Of a stretch of DNA of 64,000 nucleotides, positions 9,615-17,900 are shown in pieces (the stretch's first letter is position 1; each line of letters begins with the position of its first letter). Source of the DNA: a virus (lineage: Duplodnaviria; Caudoviricetes); IMG/VR virus record IMGVR_UViG_2602041781_000001, positions 1,767-65,766 of that record; one strand, written 5' to 3'. The notes below the pieces were generated by a model, which did no database searches, was not told where the DNA came from, and was given only the letters and a program-made list of their open reading frames with translations. Position numbers and translations under genes: made by a program.

Positions 9615-10676
9615 ATGCCCATCAATCGCGACTACGTCGACCCGGCGGAGATCACGCGACAGGTCCGAGTGGCCCTGGCAGAGCAGGACATCAACGGCCC
9701 GAACACCCTCGCGCCGTACCTGCCGTCGGAGACCATCGACGACATCGAGTACAGCGCAGACGAGGGTCAGGGTGGCCTGATCGAGGCTGCGATGTACCGC
9801 GCGTTCGACGCCGAGCTGCCGCTGGCGAACGACGAGGCGCTCGGTCAGATGCGTGGTCGCATCCACCCGCTCGGCCAGAAGATCCCTCTCATGGAAGAGG
9901 ATCGCATCCGGCTGCGCAACGGTGCCGAGAGTGGCCTGACCAACTACATCGACCGGGTCGCGCGCCGCATCGCTCGCGCCGTCGCGCTCCAGATCAACCT
10001 GAAGCGCGCCGAGGCCCTGGCCCTGGGCAAGCTGAAGTTCGTCGGTAACGACCAGGACTTCGAGGTGCCGTTCGGCCGCCGAGCGGACTTCACGACCACC
10101 GCGGCCGAGCTGTTCACCGACCCCGACTCCGACCCCATCCAGTACCTCTCGGATCTCAACGAGCTGTACCTGGACGAGAACGGCTTCGAGATCGGCGAGT
10201 TCCTCACCTCGACCCAGGTCAAGTCGGCGTTTTACCGGCACCCGAAGGTCGTCAACGCAGCCATGGGTCGCGACGCCGCGACCTACGGTCAGCTCGCCCC
10301 CGACGCCAACGTCGCGGCGCTGCTCGCGCAACACAACCTGCCCGGCTTCACCGTCAAGGGTGGTCGCGTCAAGGTCCGCGAGGTCGACGGCTCGCGCACG
10401 ATCAAGGACCTGCTCCCGCGGGACTCGATCATCGCGCTCCCCGCCGGTGGCGACCCCGCAGTCGCGGGCTCGTCCGAGCTGGGGTCGACCTACTGGGGCA
10501 AGACGATCGAGGCCGACAAGCCCGCATGGGGCCTGTCGGAGGAGGACGGACCCGGCATCATCGCGGCCGTCCACGACAACGACGACGTCCCCGCTCGGAT
10601 GTGGGTCTCGGCGCACGCGATCGCGATGCCGGTGCTCATCAACCCGAACTACTCGCTCTGCGCGAAGGTGATCTGA
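9615..10676 (+). CDS. major capsid protein
   Basis: 353 aa; YRAFDAE, PLGQKI, WGKT.EA motifs of lambda E-like actinophage MCPs; AGGAG RBS. Confidence 0.9.
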   Translation: MPINRDYVDPAEITRQVRVALAEQDINGPNTLAPYLPSETIDDIEYSADEGQGGLIEAAMYRAFDAELPLANDEALGQMRGRIHPLGQKIPLMEEDRIRLRNGAESGLTNYIDRVARRIARAVALQINLKRAEALALGKLKFVGNDQDFEVPFGRRADFTTTAAELFTDPDSDPIQYLSDLNELYLDENGFEIGEFLTSTQVKSAFYRHPKVVNAAMGRDAATYGQLAPDANVAALLAQHNLPGFTVKGGRVKVREVDGSRTIKDLLPRDSIIALPAGGDPAVAGSSELGSTYWGKTIEADKPAWGLSEEDGPGIIAAVHDNDDVPARMWVSAHAIAMPVLINPNYSLCAKVI

Positions 10677-10677
10677 C

Positions 10678-11112
10678 ATGGCCGACCGTAAGCTCGTCAC
10701 ATACGTGATGCTGCGCGAGCCCGGCGCCACGTCCATGTCCACCTTCGGTCCCGGCGACGAGCTGCCGGACTGGGCCGAGAAGATGGTCGAGGGGAAGGAT
10801 CATCTCTTCGAGGCTCAGGACACGGCCGATCGCGCTCGCGCGGTCAGCCAGCCGCGTCCGGCCGAGCGAGACCTCGCCGACAAGGACTACGCTCCGGGCA
10901 TCGGCCCGGGTCGTGAGCCCGCGGCCAGCGAGGAGGGCGACTCGCAGCTCATCGACGTCGACGCGGTGCCGGAGCCCCCGAAGGGCAACGCCTCGCGCGA
11001 GGCGTGGGCTCTGTTCGCCGAGCACCCGGCGATCGGCGTCCCCGTCACCCCCGACATGGGACGTGACGACATCAAGGACGCCTGCATCGACGCCGGGTAC
11101 GTCGAGGCATAG
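10678..11112 (+). CDS. hypothetical protein after MCP
   Basis: FGPGDELPDWA N-terminus; PPKGNASREAW...GRDDI C-terminus. Confidence 0.75.
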   Translation: MADRKLVTYVMLREPGATSMSTFGPGDELPDWAEKMVEGKDHLFEAQDTADRARAVSQPRPAERDLADKDYAPGIGPGREPAASEEGDSQLIDVDAVPEPPKGNASREAWALFAEHPAIGVPVTPDMGRDDIKDACIDAGYVEA

Positions 11113-11151
11113 CACGACCCGAGAGGCCCGACCCAGGAACAGGAGGATGGC

Positions 11152-11607
11152 GTGGCCGCACTGGCAAAGTTCGACGACGTGCAGCGCGGCTTCGAGAAGC
11201 CCATCCCCGACACTCTGAAGCCCAAGGTGGAAGAGTTCCTCGGTCGGGCCTCTCGGCGTTTGCACTTCCTGGTGCCGAAGCTCGAAGCGGCCCTGGCCAA
11301 GGCCTACGCCGAGAGCGACTTCGACCCGGACGCCGACGAGGACGACGACAACGAGATCCCGCTCGTTCCCGGCTTCGTCCGAGACATGATCGTCGAGGCC
11401 GCCGAGGTCAAACTCCGCAACTTCTCCGGCTACAGCTCGGAGTCCGCGGGTGTGTTCTCGGTGACCCGCGAGGACTACTGGGCCAAGGGTCGCGTCACCT
11501 TCGCCCCGGACGACCTGGAACTGCTCAATCAGCGCATCGACGAGACCTTCGGTGAGACGATCACCGGACCCATCGCCACGCGCGTCCCGGCCCACCGGTG
11601 GCCCTGA
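11152..11607 (+). CDS. head-to-tail adaptor
   Basis: Synteny; LRNFSGYSSESAG motif; AGGAGG RBS. Confidence 0.75.
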   Translation: MAALAKFDDVQRGFEKPIPDTLKPKVEEFLGRASRRLHFLVPKLEAALAKAYAESDFDPDADEDDDNEIPLVPGFVRDMIVEAAEVKLRNFSGYSSESAGVFSVTREDYWAKGRVTFAPDDLELLNQRIDETFGETITGPIATRVPAHRWP

Positions 11608-12011
11608 TGATCGGCATGAACGCCTGGATCGGCGGGATCGACATCGAAGTCTGGACTGAGCTGAACCCTCGGGAGGGAGACTCCTGGGGCGAGAAGAAGG
11701 CTCAGACCAAGCTGTTCACCCTGGAGAGTGTCCCCTGGGTGCCGCGCACGACCACCATGGCGACCAACGACAGCTTCCGCGAGCGGATCGAGAGCGGCTA
11801 CACCGCATACCTCTCCGCAGAGGACATCGCGCGACTCCGCGAGAACTACGAGTTCCGCGTGACCTTCCCGACCGGCCAGCAGGCGGCGTTCGCGCTCGAC
11901 GGCTCCCTCGAAGGCCTCATGTGGGATCAGAACCCACTGTCCAGCATCAACCTCGGGAACGAGGTCAACTTCAAGTTCCTCCGCAGGATCGGGACCAGAA
12001 GTGGCGTCTAG
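11598..12011 (+). CDS. head-to-tail stopper (putative)
   Basis: Synteny and size; start could be 11607. Confidence 0.6.
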   Translation: MALMIGMNAWIGGIDIEVWTELNPREGDSWGEKKAQTKLFTLESVPWVPRTTTMATNDSFRERIESGYTAYLSAEDIARLRENYEFRVTFPTGQQAAFALDGSLEGLMWDQNPLSSINLGNEVNFKFLRRIGTRSGV

Positions 12012-12351
12012 CAAGCTCTTTCGTACCGGGTACGAGGAAGACATCAAGGGATTCGGCCAGCTCCTCCGGCGGTCGAAGCCCCTTGATCGAGCGCTGCGCT
12101 ACTCCGCGGTCCAGATCGCGTGGTACTACCGGCGCAAGTACCCCCGGTCCAACGAGGGAGGCGCCCCGTCGGCCGATCAGGTCGTCGTGATCAAGCGCGT
12201 ACCCGGCGGTCGGAGGAAGGACCGCATGGAGATGCGGATCGTCGCGCGGAACCAGAAGAATCTGAAGGCAATGTCGGAGACCTTCCGCGGTGCGCTGGTG
12301 CATAACTCCGGCGGTCGGAAGATCAGCCGACGGGGGAGGGTATCAGGATGA
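12001..12351 (+). CDS. neck protein / hypothetical
   Basis: Basic 116-aa ORF in the connector module. Confidence 0.6.
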   Translation: MASSKLFRTGYEEDIKGFGQLLRRSKPLDRALRYSAVQIAWYYRRKYPRSNEGGAPSADQVVVIKRVPGGRRKDRMEMRIVARNQKNLKAMSETFRGALVHNSGGRKISRRGRVSG

Positions 12352-12863
12352 CGTGGACACAGCCGACGCTCGATCAGCTCATCGAGACGACCAAGGAGCG
12401 TGTTCCGGGCTTCAACAGCGACTTTCCGGAGGGTGTGACCTATCCGGACATCGAGAAGCTGTTCGCCTCGGTCCTGCGCCCTCTGGTCGAGAAGGACAGC
12501 CACATCGGCAACTTTGTCATCTCCGACTACGACGAGGACAAGGTCGATGAGCAGACCGGCGAAGTGGTCGACGGACCCTTCATCGAGATCCATCGCCGCG
12601 GTGGTGAGTATGACCCCGACGACTTTTCGTACTCCCCGAATGTGGAGGTACTGTTCTGGGGGAAGTCGAGGTCGGTGGCGAACGACACCGCTGGTCTGGG
12701 GACGATCCTGCTCCTCGGGTGTGGCGGCGCCGAAGTCGACGGCATCCCGCTCGATTTCGTCGAGGACGCAACAGGAGACGAAGAGGTCCGTCAGAACAAC
12801 TTCGACGACCGTTGCGTGACAAGACAATTCCGAACCGGATACCGACCCATCTACCCCGACTGA
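12348..12863 (+). CDS. tail terminator
   Basis: Acidic 171 aa just before major tail protein; HRRGG motif. Confidence 0.7.
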   Translation: MTWTQPTLDQLIETTKERVPGFNSDFPEGVTYPDIEKLFASVLRPLVEKDSHIGNFVISDYDEDKVDEQTGEVVDGPFIEIHRRGGEYDPDDFSYSPNVEVLFWGKSRSVANDTAGLGTILLLGCGGAEVDGIPLDFVEDATGDEEVRQNNFDDRCVTRQFRTGYRPIYPD

Positions 12864-12893
12864 GTCGGGACCGAAGATAAAGGAGTAGGGCAG

Positions 12894-13577
12894 ATGCCTT
12901 CGTTCCAGACCCTCGCCAAGCGACAGGGTGAGCTGATCCGCAAGCCTCTCGCAGGCATCATCGCCACAGCGCCCGAGGACTTTGTCCTGGATGCCGAGTT
13001 CAAGCTCACCACGCTGGCCGCTGGCGGCGCGATCGAGCTGACCGAGCTGGACGATTGGGACCAGCTCGGGTGGGTCTCGAAGTCCGACGGCGTCGTGTTC
13101 GCCGCCGATACCGAGACCAGCGACGTCGAGTCCTGGGGTGCTCTGGAGCCGACCCGCTCCGACATCACCAAGGACGTCACCTCGGCGCAGTTCACCTGCC
13201 AGGAGACGAACAAGATCGTCCTGGAGATGTTCTACAACGTCGACCTGGAGACCGTCTTCGGCGACTTCGACACCGGTGAGGTCGACTTCAACCAGTCGGC
13301 CGAGCCGACCACCACCTACCGCCGGATGCTGTTCCTCTCGAAGGACGGCAGCGGCAACAAGGAGGTGTTCATCGGCAAGCTCATGCCGCGGGCGAACGTC
13401 TCGGCCAAGAGCGACCAGAACTGGAACTCCGAGGACGCTCTCGTTCACGGCATGACCGTCAACGCCAAGGTCGACGACGAGACCGGTTACGCCGTCCGGC
13501 ACATGTTCGGCGGCGCCGGGTGGAAGGCGCAGCTCACCAAGATGGGCTTCACCCTCGCGCCCGACCCCACCCCGTAG
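12894..13577 (+). CDS. major tail protein
   Basis: LGWVSKSDG, ESWGALEPTRSDI, F.CQET motifs; AAGGAG RBS. Confidence 0.9.
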   Translation: MPSFQTLAKRQGELIRKPLAGIIATAPEDFVLDAEFKLTTLAAGGAIELTELDDWDQLGWVSKSDGVVFAADTETSDVESWGALEPTRSDITKDVTSAQFTCQETNKIVLEMFYNVDLETVFGDFDTGEVDFNQSAEPTTTYRRMLFLSKDGSGNKEVFIGKLMPRANVSAKSDQNWNSEDALVHGMTVNAKVDDETGYAVRHMFGGAGWKAQLTKMGFTLAPDPTP

Positions 13578-13581
13578 GACC

Positions 13582-13624
13582 CCGGCCCGGCTCACTCTTC
13601 CTCCCCGGTAGTGAGCCGGGCCGG
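13582..13624 (+). terminator. 15-bp stem hairpin after major tail gene
   Basis: CCGGCCCGGCTCACT ... AGTGAGCCGGGCCGG. Confidence 0.6.
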
Positions 13625-13662
13625 ACCCCACCGGGGAGTAGATCTTCCAGAAGGAGAACACC

Positions 13663-14064
13663 ATGTCGTTCAACGCCGTCAAGCTCGTTCACCCGAAGAC
13701 CGGCGTCGTCGTCACGGCGACCACCGCGGTCGACCTCACCAATTTCCGCTTCAACGACGGCTACGTGCCGGTCGACACCGCGAAGACTCTCGTGGGCTCC
13801 GAGGATGGCGAGCGCAAGTACCCCAAGCTCGCCGAGGGCCTGAAGGTCGTCGAGGAGATGGAGTCCGCGGAGAAGGGGGACCAGCCCGCCGAGGAGGCCC
13901 CCGCAACCGACACCGCCGACGCGACCGAGGGGAAGGGCGATGACACCAAGTCGGCCGACACCGAGGTAGCCTCGACCACGTCGAAGACCGGCCGCACGGC
14001 CAAGGGCTCGACCTCCGCCAAGAGCGGCACAGATGCGACCGGCCAGCAGGTCGGCGTCAACTAG
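13663..14064 (+). CDS. hypothetical protein
   Basis: AAGGAG RBS; low-complexity T/A/K/E C-terminus. Confidence 0.8.
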   Translation: MSFNAVKLVHPKTGVVVTATTAVDLTNFRFNDGYVPVDTAKTLVGSEDGERKYPKLAEGLKVVEEMESAEKGDQPAEEAPATDTADATEGKGDDTKSADTEVASTTSKTGRTAKGSTSAKSGTDATGQQVGVN

Positions 14065-14087
14065 TCGAACTACCGGGGAGGTAGACA

Positions 14088-14402
14088 GTGGGAACCAGTT
14101 TCGAGTCGCTCGTCTCTCGTGCGCAGAAGCGCAACAAGGGCAAGAACCGGAAGCCGTTCGTCCTGGAGATCCAGGACGACGATCCGATCACCATCGCGTA
14201 TCCCGACGCGGTCAAGTCGATGGAGTACGAGGCCGCCACCACGGTCCGGGAGCAGATCCGGATCCTGGCTGGCGCCGACTACCCCCGGCTGATGGACCTG
14301 TTCCGCGGGGAGGACATCTCCGTGGTTCAGATCCTCCTCACCGAGATGTGGGATCAGTGGAACGACGACTCGCATGACGTGCCAGGGGGAAAAGAGGTCT
14401 GA
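14088..14402 (+). CDS. tail assembly chaperone (short form)
   Basis: Precedes TMP; ends with slippery GGGGGAAAA. Confidence 0.85.
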   Translation: MGTSFESLVSRAQKRNKGKNRKPFVLEIQDDDPITIAYPDAVKSMEYEAATTVREQIRILAGADYPRLMDLFRGEDISVVQILLTEMWDQWNDDSHDVPGGKEV

Positions 14403-14899
14403 TCGACCTCTTCGACCAATACGGTCGAGACATCCTCCTGGACTTCCGTGAGCACTGGAATGGCCTGGACGTCCTGGATTACTTCGACGGCACCCGCTCG
14501 TGGTTCGAGTTCTATGAGTTCCTCAACGGGCTGCCGCCGCACTCCAGGGTCCAGGCCAAACTGGCTCTCGACCCAGAGATCGCCGCGGTCATCAAGAAGC
14601 GTCGCGAGGACGCCGAGACCGACGACGACGAGGATGATGAGGACGACGAGGGCGAAGCAGGCTGGAACCCCCAGACCCGCTCGCAAGAGGGCTTCACACC
14701 GGTTATCGCGACGCTCTACACGGTGCTCGAAGCCATCAACGAGATCCCCCGCACGCTGATCGCGGTCAACGGCCGCAAACCGCCGCGGGCTCAGAAGATC
14801 CCTCGGCCGGTCAGCGCGCTGGACATCCTCGAACTCGAAGACGAACGAGACGACATGGCCGATCTCTCGTCCAGGTTTGGCCTTCGCAAGCCGAGCTGA
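14088..14899 (+). CDS. tail assembly chaperone, -1 frameshifted long form
   Basis: The -1 frame is open from the slip site (RGLIDLFDQYGRDILLDFREHW...) to TGA 14897-14899; absent from the ORF track. Confidence 0.85.
14385..14393 (+). other. programmed -1 frameshift slippery site
   Basis: GGG GGA AAA (G GGA AAA heptamer). Confidence 0.85.
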
Positions 14900-14924
14900 G
14901 CTAGGATCGGAATCGCCTACCGAG

Positions 14925-14960
14925 AGGGCACCAGGGAACGGAAACCCCTGGTGCCCTTTC
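14925..14960 (+). terminator. hairpin terminator/attenuator before TMP
   Basis: AGGGCACCAGGG/CCCTGGTGCCCT stem followed by TTC. Confidence 0.55.
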
Positions 14961-14986
14961 GCACATTCGGAGAGGGGTGAGACGGC

Positions 14987-17900
14987 GTGGCGAAGACCTT
15001 CCTGGTCGGTGAAGGCGCCGTCCGGCTCATCCCCAACGCCGCCGGATTCCACGTCAAAGCCCGGAAGGCGATCAAGGAGGGTGGCGGCCTCAACGTCGGC
15101 GTCGACCTCCGGCCGGAGACGAAGGCCTTCCGCCAGGAAGCGCGCACCCGACTCCAGTCGGTCAAGCTCACCCACGACGTCAAGCTCCGCGCCGACATCA
15201 CCGGGTTCAGCCGCGACGCGCAGGCCAAGATCGCCGCCACCCGCAACCTCTCGGCCAACGTCAACCTCCGCACCACCCTCGACAAGGGCTCGCTCCGCAG
15301 CGCATACGACGCCGCGAGATCACTGCTCACCGCGTGGGGTCCGCTGCATGTCTCGATCAAGGCCAGCGTCGACGACGCCGATCTCCGGCGCGCTCTGGAG
15401 CAGATGCGCGTCCGGGTCGAGTCGGCTCGACTCACCGCGAACATCCGCAGCCGCGACCGGGGTGGGTTCGGCGGCCCTTCTCGCGGTGGTGGCGGCCTCG
15501 GTGGTGGTGGCGGTGGGGGAGGGGGCCGACCTGTCCGCAAGGCCGCGATCGCCACGGCGACCATCGCAGCTCCGATCGTCACCCAAGCCGCGCTCGGCGG
15601 TCTCACCGCGCTCGTCGGCGCCGCATCGCAGGCCGCCGGAGCGCTCGGACTCATCCCGGCCGCAGCGACCGCCGCCGGAGCGGGCCTAGCCGCGGTGGCC
15701 ATCGGTGCCGTCGGCATCGGCGGTGCGTTCTCCGCGCTCAGCGACGCCTCGGAACAGGCCGGGAGCGCGGTCAGCCAGAGCGCCAGCCAGCAGGCTTCGG
15801 CACAGCGTCAGATCGCGCAGGCCGACCGTGGGCTCGCCACCGCGCACCGCGGCGTCACCCGCGCGCTCGAAGACCTGAACAACGAGCGCCGCAACGCAGT
15901 TCGTCGCCTCCGCGACATGAACGACGAGCTGAAGATGGCTCCGATCAACGAGCGCGAGGGAGCGCTCGCGATCAAGGAGAGCTACAAGCGGCTCCAGGAG
16001 GCCTACGCCTCGGGAGATGTCCTCGAAATCGAGGGCGCACAGATCGACGTCGAGAAGTCGAAGCTCCAGTACGACCAGATCCGGAAGCAGAACTCCGACC
16101 TGGCCGCTGACGTTGCGGTCGCGAACAAGAAGGGTGTCGAGGGAGACTCCCAGGTCATCGCGGCCAAGGACGGTGTCGTCGACGCCAACAACGCGCTCAT
16201 CGACGCTCAGGACGCGCTCACCTCGGCCATGGAGTCCGCGGCCGAGGCCACCAAGCAGATGGCCGCCGGGACCGACAAGCTCGCGCAGGCGATGGCGAAG
16301 CTCTCCCCCAACGCGCAGGACTTCGTCCGGAAGATCCACGCGCTCGGACCGGCATGGACCGAGACGCGAAAGTTCATCCAGGACAACCTGTTCGCTCATC
16401 TCGGAGACTCGGTTACCACTCTCGCCAACGTGCAGCTCCCGGTGCTCCGAACCGGGCTGGCGGGCATCGCCTCCGAGATCAACCTCGGCGTGCGCGGTGC
16501 GCTGGCCACCTTCTCCACCGAGATGGCCGCCGCCGACTTCACCACCACGCTGGAGAACACCCGGCAGATGTGGGCCGGGATCGGACAGAGCTTCGCCCCG
16601 TTCTCGCAGGCCTTCATGAACCTCGCGACCGTCGGCTCGACGTTCATGCCGCGCCTCGGGACCGCGGTTGCGAACATGGCCAACGAGTTCAAGGCCTTCA
16701 CCGACGAGGCCCGGGCCGACGGCTCGATGCAGGAGTTCTTCGAGAACTCGCTGACCATGGCCAAGCAGCTCGGCCGCATCCTCGCGAACGTCGGAGCCAT
16801 TGTCGGAGAGGTCTTCTCGGCCGGAGCCGAGGTCGGTGGGGGCTTCCTCAACACCATCGAGACCGCGACCGGTGAGCTGCGCGAGTTCCTCGGGTCGGCC
16901 GAGGGTCAGACGGCGCTCACCACCTTCTTCGAGGGTGTCCGCGTCGCGGTGCAGACACTCGCTCCCATCATCCAGATCGTCGCGTCGACGATCCTCACCG
17001 TGCTCGGACCTGCCCTGACCGACCTCGTCATCGGGCTCGGGCCGGGCCTGGTCGCCATGTTCGAGGGGCTGTCCGTCGGCCTCGCGGCGATCCAGCCGGT
17101 GATGCAGGTCGTCGGCCAGGCCATCGGCACCATCGGCGTCGAGCTGGGAGAGGTCTTCAAGGTCATCGGTCCGGTCATCGCCGAGACCCTGTCGGCGCTC
17201 GCACCGGCGGTCCAGCCGCTCGCGCAGGCCTTCGGCTCCCTGATCACCGCGGTGGCGCCGATCCTGCCGCTGCTCGCGCAGCTCGTCGCACAGCTCGTCG
17301 GCGCGCTGGCGCCTGTCCTGACCACCCTCTTCGATGCGCTCGCACCGGTCATCTCGCAACTCGTCGAGGCTCTGATGCCGGTCATCCCACCGCTCGCGGA
17401 GGTGCTCGGCCGACTCGCTGGCGTGTTCGGCGAGATCATCGCGAAGCTGCTCGGCGCGCTCGGTCCGGTGCTCGTCGACCTGGTGAACACCTTCATGGAC
17501 CTGATCACCCAGGTTATGCCGTTCACGAACCTGCTCCTCGACCTCGTCGCCGAAGTGCTCCCGGCCTTCGCGTCGATCCTGACCGAGATCCTCCCGTTGC
17601 TCCCGGCGCTCGTGCAGCCGCTCGTCGAGCTGGCCATGACCGTGCTGCCGCACCTGCTTCCGGTCTTCCAGGCGCTCGTGCCGATCATCGGCGAGGTCAT
17701 GAAGTTCATCGCGGGCATCATCTCGTGGGCTATCCGCGAAGTGATCGTCCCCGTAATCACTTGGCTCTCAACGCCTTTGGAGAACATCGGTCGAGTCTTC
17801 GGCTGGCTGTGGAACGAAGCGATCAAGCCAGCCTGGGATGGGATCACCAACGCGATCTCGTGGGGCTGGGAGAATCTGATCTCTCCGGCCTTCGACGCAC

